NCBI RefSeq assembly: GCF_006345805.1
Contig: NC_043020.1
Location: 7,130,001 to 7,194,000 of the forward strand
Direction: 5' to 3'
Source of the DNA: Octopus sinensis
Taxonomy: Eukaryota
Length of the DNA: 64,000 nt
This document shows, in pieces, positions 25,871 through 39,516 of the stretch (positions within the stretch are counted from its first letter, which is position 1; every line of letters begins with the position of its first letter). Both the position numbers and the translations under genes were made by a program. The notes below the pieces were generated by a model that saw only the letters and a list, made by a program, of their open reading frames with translations, made no database searches and was not told the origin of the DNA.

Positions 25871-26649
25871 CCTATTTCTTTACTACCCACAAGGGGCTAA
25901 ACACAGAGGGGACAAACAAGGACAGACAAACGGATTAAGTCGATTACATCGACCCCAGTGCGTAACTGGTACTTAATTTATTGACCCCGAAAGGATTAAA
26001 GGCAAATCGACCTCGGCGGAATTTGAACTCAGAACGTAACGGCAGACGAAATAACCTATTTCTTTATTACCACACAAGGCTAAACACAGAGGGGACAAAC
26101 AAGGACAGACAAACGGATTAGTCGATTACATCGACCCCAGTGCGTAACTGGTACTTAATTTATTGACCCCGAAAGGATGAAAGGCAAATCGACCCTCGGC
26201 GGAATTTGAACTCAGAACGGAACGTCAGACGAAATACCTATTTCTTTATTACCCCACAGGGGCTAAACACGAGGGGGAAACAAGGACAGACAAACGGATT
26301 AAGTCGATTACATCGACCCCAGTGCGTAACTGTACTTAATTTAGACCCCGAAAGGATGAAAGGCAAAGTCGACCTCGGCGGAATTTGAACTCAGAACGTA
26401 ACGGCAGACGAAATACCTATTTCTTTAGTACCCACAAGGGCTAAAACAAGAGGGGACAAACAAGGACAGACAAACGGATTAAGTCGATTACATCGACCCC
26501 AGTGCGTAACTGGTACTTAATTTATTGACCCCGGAAAGGATGAAAGGCAAAGTCGACCTCGGCGGAATTTGAACTCAGAACGTAACAGCAGACGAAATAC
26601 TGCTAAGCATTACGCCCGACGTGCTAACGTTTCTGCCAGCTCGCCGCCT
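25871..26649 (-). mobile_element. SINE family B with four tandem body units of about 181 bp behind a single head
   Basis: Units start at 25871, 26055, 26237 and 26416; single head (...GCCAGCTCGCCGCC) ends at 26649. Confidence 0.9.
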
Positions 26650-27179
26650 TTCAAACCATCCAACCCATGCCAGCATGGAAAACGGATGACGAGGATGAGG
26701 ATGCATTATCCCAGACTTCAATATTTCAATGATGCGGTTGTTTATATTTCGAATGACATTACAGAGTACATATGAGCAGCTGGACGTGGTCAGTTTGAAT
26801 ACTTTTGGCCAGAATTGGTCAGTTGAATTGCTGAAGGATTAATTAGATAAATCAACTCCAATAATTGTTAAGTTAGGAACTCTTTTGCCAAACAGCTATG
26901 TTATAGGGCATGTAAACAAACCAACACCGGTTATCAAGCAATGGGAATGAGGCCAAACACACACGCAGGCACACACACAGAGGCTTCTTTCAGTTTTCAT
27001 CTTCCAAATCCAAGACATTGGTCAACCCTAGGCTATCGTAGAAGACACTTGACCAATGTGCCACGTAGTGGGACTGAACCAGGAACCATGCGGTTGGGAA
27101 GCAAGCTTCTTACCACACAGCCACACCCTGTGCCTACACAGACAGACAAAAAGTAAAACCAACAAATGTACAAATACAG

Positions 27180-27462
27180 TCATCATCATCACCATCATCA
27201 CCACCACCACCATCACCATCACCACCACCATCATCATCATCATCACCATCACCATCACCATCATCATCATCACCATCACCACCACCATCATCACCATCAT
27301 TGTCATCACCATCATTATCATCATCATCATCACCATCGCAACCACCACCATCACCATCATCACCATCACCATCACCACCATCACCACCACCATCACCATC
27401 ACCATCGCAACCACCATCACCACCATCATCATCATCACCATCACCATCACCATCATCATCAT

Positions 27463-27510
<48 letters not shown>

Positions 27511-27718
27511 CCACCACCATCACCATCATCATCATCATCACCACCATCACCATCATCATCACCATCATCATCACCATCACCATCACCACCACCACCACCA
27601 TCATCATCATCACCACCACCACCACCATCATCACCATCATCATCACCACAACCACCACGACCATCATCACCATCATCATCACCACAACCACCACGACCAT
27701 CATCATCATCACCATCAT
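27180..27718. repeat. (CAT/CAC)n compound trinucleotide tract
   Basis: Seen directly. Confidence 0.95.
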
Positions 27719-28201
27719 TGTTTATAAGAATTCATTAAACGTAGGAATAAAACTTAATGCTTTATTCATTATTCTCGTGCCTTCCATTTTCCAATTTAGA
27801 AGGCCCTCCCCCTCACCAAACAGGTGATGTGGTGGCCCTAAGGAGGTGATGCACCAGGCAACTGCCCCACTTGATGGTAACCTTCAACTAGCCTCGGTTC
27901 TTTGCTGAACTTTATTATGACAGAAAGCAGGATTCATGTCCTGTTTTCTGGCTCAAATCTTATATACACCCCCACCACCAACACCACTACACACACACGT
28001 GCACACACACACACACACACACAGATATGTGCACACACATGCATGCACGCATACACCATACACACACACACACAGAGTTTTGATGTTATTTCAGTTCATT
28101 TGCAGAGCAGAAAATAATTTGAAATGTGTCAACTGGCAGGTTTCCAGGACAATATCTACAATGTGGGAGGATATTACGAGTATATATATATATATATATA
28201 T

Positions 28202-28236
<35 letters not shown>

Positions 28237-28333
28237 TGTGTGTGTGTGTGTGTGTGTGTGTGTTGTGTGTGTGTATATATATATATGGGTATGTATGTGT
28301 TGGTGTATATATATATATATATATGGGTATGTA

Positions 28334-28364
<31 letters not shown>

Positions 28365-29219
28365 GTATGTATTATGTATGTATGTGTGTATATATATATA
28401 TGTGTGTATGTTTGTTTTTTTATGTTGTATTATATATTATATATATGTAGATATAATATACACACACACACACATACATATATATATAAAAACATAGATC
28501 TATAAAAACATAAATGCATGCATCAATGCATACAAGCATAATAACACACACACACATATATATATAGTATTGTATGGATAAATGTATAAATATATGTACA
28601 TTTATTGTGTGTGTATATATATAATATATATATATATGTATATCATCATCATCGTCGTTTAACATCTGCTTTCCATGCTAGCATGGGTTGGACGATTTGA
28701 CTGAGGACTGGCGAACCAGATGTCTGCACCAGGCTCCAATCTCATCTGGCAGAGTTTCTACAGCTGGATGCCCTTCCTAATGCCAACCACTCCGAGAGTG
28801 TAGTGGGTGCTTTTACACGCCACCAGCACGAGGGCCAATCAGGTGGTACTGGCAACAGACATGCTCAAGTGGTGATTTTTATGTGCCACCTGCACAGGGG
28901 CCAGTAAGGTGACTCTAGTAATGATCATGTTTGAATGGTGCTTTTTACGTGCCACTGGCATGGAAGCCAGTCAGCTGCAGTGGCAGCAATCACACTCGGA
29001 TGGTGCTCTTAGCATTCCACTGGCACAGGTGCCAGTCATCGAATTTGCGAATTTGATTTGATTACGATTTCACTTGCCTCAACAGGTCTTCACAAGTAGA
29101 GTTTAGTGTCCAATGAAGGAAATGTACGCATATATCATCATCATCATTTAGCGTCCGCTTTCCATGCTAGCATGGGATATCCCAGCATATAAAACAAACA
29201 TTAAACACACACATATATG

Positions 29220-29570
29220 TGGAGGCGCGATGGCCCAGTAGTTAGGGCAGCAGACATGCGGTCATAGGGTCATGGTTTCGACACCCAGACTGGGCGTTGT
29301 GAGTGTTTACTGAGTGAAAACATTTAAAGCTCCACGAGGCTCCAGCAGAAGCGTTGGGGGAGGGGAGCGACTGTACTCTTTCACCACAACTTTCTCTCAC
29401 TCTTTCTTCCTGTTTCTGTTGTACCTGTATTTCAAAGGGGCCAGCCTTGTCACACTCTGTGTCATGCTGACTCTCCCCAAGAACTACATTAGGGTACACA
29501 TGTACTCAGCCACTTGCATGTTAATTTCATGAGCAGGCTGTTCCTCATCGTCGCAACTGACAGAGCGCCA
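29220..29570 (+). mobile_element. tRNA-headed SINE (third family)
   Basis: GGCGCGATGGCCCAGTAGTTAG...GGTTTCGACACC head; body also at about 24040-24230 (-). Confidence 0.65.
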
Positions 29571-30054
29571 AAACATATATATTGTATGTATGTCTAAATA
29601 TGTGTGTGTGGTGTGTGTGTAATCACAATGTATACATGCATGTATATTTATTATATATATATATTCAGATTTCCCAGCATAGAAAACAAACATTAAATGA
29701 TGATGATAATAATATATATATATATGAATAAAAGTATACATATATGTATTGGCTGCTATTTCTAGCCATGAGCATCTGTCATTGACGAGGCTAAGCAAAG
29801 CTGAAATACCATGGCAGTTCCAGTATCCAGAGTGGACGGTTCTCACCCATCAGCAATACAAACAAGCATGCTTGTATGCACCACAAGTCTATATGAGATG
29901 TCCTCCCAAGGTAAATAACACAGTATTGTATGTTCTAACACGACATACAACTTTTAAGTGGAGACAAAAACTATCATCTCCAGCTAATCATTGAGAGGAT
30001 GTTGGTGTTGCTTTGGCAGAGGTTTGCACTCTCTGAGTGCTCTTATTATTATTA

Positions 30055-30091
<37 letters not shown>

Positions 30092-30267
30092 CATCATTTT
30101 ATTACCGCCAAGGTCGACTTTGCCTTTCATCCTTTCGGGGTTGATAAATTAAGTACCAGTTATGCACTGGGGTCAATGTAATCGACTTAATATCTTTGTC
30201 TGTCCTTGTTTGTCCCTCTATGTTTAGCCCCTTGTGGGTAATAAAGAAATAATAATAATATTATTAC

Positions 30268-30304
<37 letters not shown>

Positions 30305-30534
30305 AGGCAGTGAGTTGGCAGTATTGTTAGCATGCTGGACGAAATGCTTAGCAGTATTTTGCTCATCACTACATCCTGAGTTCAAATTCCACTGAGATCG
30401 ACATTGCTTTTCGTCCTTTCAGGGTCAATGATATAAGTACCAGTTGAGTACTGAGGTCAATGTAATTGACCTGCCCCACTCCTTAATTTGTTGGTCTTGT
30501 GCCAAAATTTTAAACCATTATTATTATTATTATT

Positions 30535-30999
30535 ATTGAGTAAGAGAGCAGTGCATGCCATCAAAGTGACACTGGGGTAAAATATACGAAGCCCAATATA
30601 CCCATCATGATTACCTGTCTGATAAGGGTACACCAGGCACATGCATCACAACCATATGTGCGCGACATGGTGATCTCATATCAAGATAAACAGCACATGA
30701 CCTTGCTTGCAGGTGGGGCCCAGTTAGAATTTTATTCTAGTTGAGTAACACATCCCGCTCAAAAGGTCCCTGAATAAGGGTTGTTTAAGGATGTTGAATA
30801 AAACACCCATGTTTCCAGGGGTTAATTATCCAAAATGCAAAGAAGTCTTCTCAACACATAGCTATGATGCTCCCCCACTACTTCTGCTTGTGATCAGAGA
30901 TGCACATATCGTCAGCCACTAAGGGACATACTCAACTGGTTACGGTCAAACTGACAAGCAAATCTGTGGTATTGAGCAGAATATTTGCTGTAGCCCATC

Positions 31000-31034
<35 letters not shown>

Positions 31035-31610
31035 ATTATTATTATTATGCCATCACAGTGATACATATATATGAAGCCCAATAAACCCATCATAATACCC
31101 ACTTGATAAGGGTACACCAGGCACATGCATTACACCCACATGTGCATGACATGGTGACCTTATATGAAAACAAACAATGCATAACCTCAGAAGTGGAGCC
31201 CAGTTAGAATATTCTTCACATTGAGTAGGCCATCCCACTCAAAACGTCCCTCAATGAGGATTGTTTAAAGATGATGAATGAGACACCTATGTTTCCAGAG
31301 GTGAATTATTGAAACCCCAAAGAATTCCTCTCAACACATGGCTATGATGTTCACCCACTACTTCTGTTTGTCATCAGAGATGCTCATATCTATTTCTTTA
31401 TTGCTCAGAGTGGGTTAAACATAGAGGGGACAAACAAGATGAAAGGCAAAGTCGACCTCAACAGAATTTGAACTCACAATGTAGCGGCAGACAAAATGCT
31501 GCTTAGCATTTCACCTGGCGTGCTAATGATTCTGCCACTAAGGGACATGCTCAACTGGTTATGGTCAAACAACTGACGAGCAAATCTGTGGTATTGAGCT
31601 GTAGTCTGGG
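30535..31610 (-). mobile_element. Two tandem copies of an approximately 470-bp (AAT)n-tailed retroposon 3' end
   Basis: 30535-31005 and 31045-31610 (the second interrupted by SINE B pieces); partial copy at 6445-6630. Confidence 0.6.
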
Positions 31611-32294
31611 AGACCCAACTTTGCATAAAGGGCTTGGGTTAATTATTTGAGATATTTTGGGTGAGAAAAGTGCACTTTATATGCCATCAGACATGATACC
31701 TTTTTCCAGTCTTTACCACAAAAGATGGTTAATGATGGCAAAAGAAAACTAGTTACTGACGAGGGTAAAATATCTCTTAAATTGTGAACTACATTTCATG
31801 GAAACGAGAAAATGATGTGGAAGAAGTTGGTTTGAATCATTTTAAGTTTGATTGGCACAAGAATGGCTGCATGACTAAGAATTTCACTCTGCAAAACCTC
31901 GTAGCTTCTGGTTCAATTCTACTGTATGGAATCTAGGGTAGGTGTCTTTAACTAGAACTTTGAATGACCAATTCCTTAAGAGAGGAATTCAGTTGGCAGA
32001 AAGTGTACAGAATTTTGTCATGAGTACATATTTGTGTGAAGTACACTTTATATATATATATATATATAATATATATATATACGTGTGTGTGTATATACAC
32101 ATATATGCCAGTATCATCATCATCATCTTTAACATCCATTTTCGATGCTAGCATGGGTTAGAAGGTTTGGAATTGGAAAGGTCAGGAGCTGAACCCGGTT
32201 CCAGAGTCAGTTTTACCATAGTTTACTAAGCTGGATGTCCTTCCTAATGCCAACCACTTTACAGTATGTACTGGGTGCTTTTTAAGTGAAACCA

Positions 32295-32326
<32 letters not shown>

Positions 32327-32433
32327 GTATATATATTACTCAAAACATTCCAACTCTGATTTTTACGCTTTATTTACAATCTTTTGATAAGATAATACAA
32401 TGAAACGATGGAATATTAAATGTCCATTCTGAT

Positions 32434-32478
32434 TGAACTAGTACTTTCATGCATTAAACTATGCAATCTTCAGGTTCA
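32434..32478 (-). ncRNA. Minimal type I hammerhead ribozyme
   Basis: UGAAC-CUGAAGA-U UGCAU AGUUUA AUGCA U-GAAA GUAC UA-GUUCA; palindromic stem III AGUACU; CUA cleavage triplet; 5-bp stems I and II. Confidence 0.75.
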
Positions 32479-32521
32479 TGTAGTAGTAGTGACAGTTATG
32501 CCTTACAATTTACAACTGCAC

Positions 32522-32556
<35 letters not shown>

Positions 32557-33699
32557 TATATATATAGGAGCAGGCACGACTTTATAGGTGCAGGTGTGGC
32601 TGTGTGAAAGAAGATTGTTTCCTAACCACATGGTTCCAGGTTCAGTCCCACTGTGTAGCACCTTGGGCAAGTGTCTCCTACTATAGCCTCAGGCCGACCA
32701 AAGCCTTGTGAGAGTTTAGTAGATGGAAACTGAAAGAAGCCCATCACACACATATATGTGTGTGTGTGTGTGTGTTTCTGGCTGTTTGTCCCTCACCATC
32801 ACCACTTGACAACCGGCGTTGGTGTGTTTATGTCCCTGTAACTTAGCAGTTGCGGCAAAAAGAGACCCATAGAATAAGTACCAGGATTTAAAAAGAAACA
32901 AAAAAAAAACAAATGTGGGGGTCAAATTATTCGACTAAAACCTTTTGAGGCAGTGCTCCAGCATGACCACAGTCAACTGACTGAAGCAAGTGAAAGAATG
33001 AAAGAACAGACACACACTGCCATACGTTTGGCTATACAAACAGAAGGCAATGTACTTCCACGCGTCCACAGAGACCATTTGTTCATTCAGAGCCAATGAC
33101 TCACTTCAGAACTTATCAGATGTTCTCGTTACAATGTGAAACTGTCACCACATTGGGAGAAACAAAACTTAGCAGTCACAGAATTAAAAGGATCTTTTTT
33201 CGGTTTATGTTCCTGACACTAGCTTAATGATAACAGATAGGTGCAGGAGTGGCTGTGTGGTAGGTAGCTTGCTTACCAACCACATGGTTCTGGGTTCAAG
33301 TTCCGCTGCATGGCACTTTAGGCAAGTGTCTTCTACTATAACCTCGGGCCGACCAAAGTCTTGTAAGAAGATTCAAAAGAAATACGGTATCAAAAGAGTT
33401 GACATGTTTTTGGCAACAGAAACATGTTCTCTGGGAATATTATTGCCAACTTATACAAGTGAATGTGTGGAAAACAAAACAGGAATTTTGCAAAAAAAAA
33501 AGTATCTATAAAACTAACTTTTAAACATTGAATGGCTATGGAGGTCCACCACAATAAAATGATAATCAAAGGGGTTCATAGGTTAAAAAAAAAAACACTG
33601 CAGAACCACTGATGTAGATGGATAACCACTTAGCAGTGTCATATGAAATTGTCAACCATAATTATGACCCTAGAATCGATCTATTGCATTTTAATCTAT

Positions 33700-34130
33700 T
33701 TTAGGGTTGGGGCTAGTTAGTTAGTTAGTTAGTTAATTTGGCTCAAAAGCAAATAGCAAGGCCATGTAGGGGGACATGGGGTTAAGTACAGGGTGGTGTT
33801 CATGTAAAGAGTTCAGGCCACTTGAGGTCCAGGGAGGCTTTGAACAAAGCGGTCGTCGACATCTTCACCATCTCGTCTGGCAGCTTGTTCCACGGATCCG
33901 CAACCTGGACGGAGAAAGCTCCTCTCCTTCGATTGAGATGAAATCGTCGCAGGTAGAGCTTTTCGGAATGACCCCGCAGCCGACGCTCTGGAGCAGGAGT
34001 GAAGAACAGCTCTTTCGAGAGGTTACACTTTCTGCTTATGATGTTGTGATGAGATCACCACGGCGGCGGCGTTTTTCAAGAGAATAAAGGTCGAGCGTCC
34101 TCAGCCTTTCTTCATAGGACAAATTTTTGA
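33700..34130 (-). mobile_element. CR1-clade LINE 3' fragment
   Basis: YEERL..LDLYSLEKRRRRGDLI; RGHSEKL; AFSVQVADPWNKLP; (TAAC)n tail. Confidence 0.85.
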
Positions 34131-34517
34131 GGGGGTGGGGAGAAGGGTATCTTTTTTTTCTTCACAAATGTAAATAAACCCAATCTGTTTCTTAAACGAG
34201 GGACATATTCATACGGCACAGAATGTATTTTTTTTTTACCTCAATGGACGTCAGTGATTAGTTGAAATTGAAGAAATTAAAGACCAAATATCTTACAAAC
34301 TATAGAATTTTCTCAATAAAGCCAAGAGAAAAAGATGTTTTATAAACACATTCTACCAGTATACGAAGTTTTAATTTTTTTAGTTACCTAGAAATTATGT
34401 TAAAAACTGGCGTTCAAACCGAAAAGATCCAAATAAAACCATAACCTTCAAACAAATACAATAAATTATATATTTTTACTTTATTATATTTTTTATACAT
34501 TTTTATTATGTGAAGGT

Positions 34518-34790
34518 GCATGGCGTAGTGGTTAGGTTGTTGCGCTCACAATCGCTAGTTTGTGGGTTCGATTCCCCGACTGGGCATCACGTTGTGTTCC
34601 TGAGCAAAACACTTCATTTCACATTGCTCCAGTCACCCCGCTTTCGGTCAGGGGGGAATGTTGGCCTGCTCGTCTGCCAGTGGGGGAGGGGGCTTCATTT
34701 GACAGCTGAAACAATGCAAAAAGCGCATTGTGACCAGCGGTGTGTAACAACGTCTGATAGTCCGGTCCGTCACATGACGTGATCACGGGA
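34518..34790 (+). mobile_element. tRNA-headed SINE (fourth family)
   Basis: GGCGTAGTGGTTAGG...GGTTCGATTCCC head; related reverse copies at about 36190-36400, 36640-36830 and 42110-42430. Confidence 0.65.
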
Positions 34791-35289
34791 TAATATATGG
34801 TACTGGTTTCAAAATCTTGGCACAAAGTCTGCAATTTCGTGGAAAGGCCAAGTCGATTACATCGATCCAATCTGTTTCTTAAACGAGGGACATATTCATA
34901 CAGCACGGAATGTTTTCACCCCAAATGGAGGTCAGCAATTGGTTTAAATTGCCGAAATGCTCGAAATTTCAGACGAAATTCTTACAAACATAAAATTTTC
35001 TCAATAAAGCCAAGAAAAAATGATGTTTTTATAAACACATTCTACCAGTATACGAATTTAAAAGTGTTTAGTTAACTAGAAATTGTGTTGACATGTGCCG
35101 TTCAAAAGGAAAAGATCCAGGATAAAAGCAAAGTCTACCCCGCTGGTATTTGAACTCATAATGTAAGGTCGAAAGAAACGCCGCTAAGCATTTTCCCTGG
35201 CGTGGCAACGATTCTGCCAGCTTGCCGTTATTACTTAATTTTTCGGCAGTTCTGTTTTCAGGGGAGACTACTCAGAGCGTACAAACTGC

Positions 35290-35322
<33 letters not shown>

Positions 35323-37666
35323 GATTGTTCCATCTTCACAAATCGTTGGCACCTTGTGCTTCCTCATTGTCAATAACTTTCTGACTTTCCATTTATGACC
35401 ATTCAAATGACTACTCAGCCTTACCACAGATCCTTAAGGTTTGAAGCACAGGTGACACACGAACGCCGTAGCTTCCTACTGGTTAGGTCTGCACCCGTCA
35501 CCACTCTTCCATTGCCATTCGACTTTCAGTAAACGGAATAACAAGTGAGGTGGCCACAAACGGACGTCTGTACGTCACTGGACTACTGGGATATACGTTT
35601 GTAACAACACAAGTACCATTCTCTAAAGCAGTGTTTCTCAACCTGTTTACCCTTGCGTAATCCTTAAAATAAATTACGTCTCAAGGAACCCCTACACAAA
35701 AAAAAAATATATATATATATATATGCATATATACATACATATATGTACATACCTACATATATATGTATATATACAGGCATATATGGGTACAGGACATAAA
35801 AAAGACGTAAACAAAAGGAGAAACGAGAACATTAATAAACAAAACACAGAAAACGAACTCGTTTTCGAAGAACGACAAAAAAAAAAAAAACAAACGGACA
35901 GAGAACGAGACAGGCAACATAAAGAACATTCCCTTCATCAGTTGTCCCCTATTTTATCTACTCCGCTTTTCGAAGGTAAGGACAAGACGTGACTTCGTTA
36001 AAACAGTCCTTCCCGCAAAGCAAATTAACAAATTGGGATTTTTTGCGGAGGGTGAAAGTGGTAAAAAAACATGACAGTGAGAACAAAACCGTAAAAACAA
36101 ACGGTGAGGGCTGATAAGCCAAGACAATGTGAAGTGAGGAATGCTGGAAAAACGAGCTTTAGTGAAGTTACCTTTCCGAGTCATACCAAAGGGCCGGTTT
36201 TCCAGCTTCGAGGGTGTATATATTCCCCACCTGGACAGGATGCCCCCTCCCCCGTCACAGGATTACTTTTCTTTATTTTTGCCAGCTGAGTGGACTTGGA
36301 ACAATGTGAAGCGTTTTCCTCAAGAACAGAACACGTCACCCGGTCCAGGAATCGAAACCACAATCTTACGACCATGACCACTCCCACATGCCTCCACAAG
36401 CCCCACTCTTGGAGTTTCCGCAATTAGTCCCTTGATACAGGCTGAAGCAATATGACCAGTAATCATATGAAACTGCAGGTTTTACATTACAGGGTTCCTC
36501 TCCTAAAAGGAGGGGGGACCCTCTCCTTCTAGTTATAGTTAGGGGTCCCTAACACATAATGGTTTTACTATGCACCCTAACCCAACCAAAGGTATTTCTT
36601 CATCCCAACGCTCAGATGGATTAAAAAGGGTAAGGATGCCTTCTCAAGTGATGGTGACCCATAAGGGCCAGTTCCCCGGTTTCCATGGCGTAATAATCTC
36701 CCACCTGGATGGGACACCGGTCCATTGCAGGGTTACTCATTTTTACCAGCTGAGTGGATTGGCGGTCCCGGTCCAGGAATCGAAACCACAATGTTACGAT
36801 CGTGAGTCCAACACTCCAACCACTAAGCAACGTGACTGGATCGGCATCACATTTGTTTGTTAACCCATATCTGGGACCCTAACAGGTGCTATTACTCTGG
36901 GTCAGAGTTGACCTGGGGACAATAGTGGCCGAGTTGCGGGCCCACGCTCGTCAAAACCCTGAAACTCCCAAACCACGGGCCCACGACAAGGACTGCAGCT
37001 AGCAGAAAAGGCAATGTCCATCATCTTTTTTACAAGGCCCTTGAAACTGGAGAGAGCGAAGGGATCATGAAACTACAATAATTACAAGGTATTTCCTTCT
37101 TTTGTCACCAGTGGTTCTCAAATAGGGTCCCTGTGACCATTAGGGGTCCATTTGGTTATTCAAATTTTATCTGCAATAAATTGTTTATACTTAGACAATG
37201 CACAGAATATTAAAATATAATTCCTAATAATATTTGATAATATAAAGCCGTGGTTGTGTGGTAAGAAGCTTGCTTCCTAACCACATGGTTTCAGGTTCAG
37301 TCCCATTGTGTGGCACCTTGGACAAGTGTCTTCTATTATATAGCCTCAGGTCGACCAAAGCCTCGTGAGTGGACTTGGTAGATGGAAACTGAAAGAAGAC
37401 CATCGTGTGTGTGTATGTGTCTTTCTCCACCACCACCACCACTTAACCGGTGTTGGTGTGTTTACGTCCCCATAACTTAGCGGGACTGATAGAATAAGTA
37501 CCAAATTTTAAAAACAAAAAAAAAATACAGGGGTCGATTCATAGACTTAAAAATTCTTCATGGTGGTGGTACACCAGCATGGCCACGGTCTAATAACTGA
37601 AACAAGTAAAAGATAAAACTTAAACATAATAGTTATATATATTGAAAGTAATGAGGGTTGATGTCC

Positions 37667-37740
37667 GGTCATAGAGTAACGAATGGTTTCGCATCCACAA
37701 AGGGCTTAGCCACGCAGACGTCTCGTCAGACTCTGAAACC
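37667..37740 (-). ncRNA. Type I hammerhead ribozyme with extended stem I
   Basis: Minus strand: GGUU UC AGAGU-CUGACGA-G(A)CGUCUGC[loop]GUGGAUGC-GAAAC CAUUC GUU-ACUCU AU GACC. Intact core, 8-bp stem II with G-U pairs, predicted cleavage between 37678 and 37677. Confidence 0.8.
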
Positions 37741-37855
37741 AAAGACCAATGTAATTCCTCGCCCCTGGGTGGCTTTGTGTCTTTTCATTTGTCTTGCTCG
37801 TTACCTTTCTGGCGTTGGCTAAATTTTCTTGAGAACATTCTTTTCTTAGCGGTCG

Positions 37856-37955
37856 NNNNNNNNNNNNNNNNNNNNNNNNNNNNNNNNNNNNNNNNNNNNN
37901 NNNNNNNNNNNNNNNNNNNNNNNNNNNNNNNNNNNNNNNNNNNNNNNNNNNNNNN
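37856..37955. other. Assembly gap (100 N)
   Basis: Run of N. Confidence 1.
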
Positions 37956-38436
37956 CCAGCATGGCCGCAGTCAAAATGACTGAAACAAGGAAAAGAGTAA
38001 AAGAGTAGAGACAGACAGTCAGTCAAACAGACAGACATGTTGGCAAACCGTTAACAACAAACAACAAAAACACAGAGGTCATGGCCAACACATACATATA
38101 CATATGTCAAGGTCACTCAAACACATGAATAACAAGCGCACATACCACACACATCACTTCCTAGATATGCACGCAGAACATATCACATCATAAACATATA
38201 CATGCATGTACACACATGCATGCACACATACACACAACACACAAACTGCACACAGGATATACAGCCTAGAAAGTGATATGCACACATGCATACATACACA
38301 CATACACCCACTGACAAGACTCAAAGAAATACAAATGCCATCAAACACTATATATGTGTGTGTGTATATATGGAATATACATACAGTGATACAGAAAATA
38401 CACAAAATATAAAATAGGAAACACATATAGATAGAC

Positions 38437-38467
<31 letters not shown>

Positions 38468-38471
38468 CAGA

Positions 38472-38601
<130 letters not shown>

Positions 38602-39486
38602 AGAAGTAGATAGAAGATAGATAGATAGATAGATAGATAGCCGAGATAGATAGATAGATAGATAGATAGATTAGATAGATAGACAGACAAACAGATAGAC
38701 ATGTAGGCAGAGAGATATAATTACATAGATATACACAATATACATACACATATACATAACACCTATGTTATACTGCAGTTATCAAAATAGCTGTGTATTT
38801 ATTGTACATGTTTGTATGTATGTATGTATGTATATAGATAGATAAGATAGATAGACAGATAGATAGACAGATATACATATACATAACCATAAAGGCCTAT
38901 ATATATATACACACACCCCCTATATATATATATGTACAACACCACACACAAACACACACATGGATGTATAACAAACCATAAAGGCCTATATATATAATAC
39001 ACACACACACATATATATATTACATATGTTACACACATACACACAAAACACACACATGGATGTATATATACCACACACACACACACATATATATATATAC
39101 ACACACACACATAATATACATATGTACACACACACACAAAAACACACACATGGATGTATACATAACCATAAGGCCTATATATATATATACACACACACCA
39201 ACACACATATATATTATACATACATATGTACCACACCACACACACACCCCACACAACAGGTGCCTACACAAACAAACACAAACATGGATGTATACATAAC
39301 CATAAAGGCCTATATATACACACACACACCACACATATATATATACAACATACATATTGTACACACACAAACACACCACACAGGTGCCTACACACACACA
39401 CACACAGGTGCCTACATACACACCACCACACAAGGATGTATAGAAAGGCCAAATGCAAAAGAGGTTACAACGACATCGACACTCAC

Positions 39487-39516
39487 TTGGTGACTAAAGA
39501 AGCAACAACTTCTCAT
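39487..39516 (-). CDS. Candidate short alternative first exon encoding MRSCCFFSHQ
   Basis: Island of unique sequence (about 39440-39640) between microsatellites; ATG at 39516, phase-0 donor CAA|GTGAGT at 39487/39486; upstream uORFs and a CpG-containing patch near 39770-39790. Confidence 0.3.

Noticed and set aside
27028-27827. Poly-His/Thr/Met/Asp ORFs
   Set aside because: Artefacts of the CAT/CAC repeat.
35410-35625. Unique segment with a minus donor GTG|GTAAGG
   Set aside because: No ATG-started frame reaches the donor; may be non-coding or regulatory.
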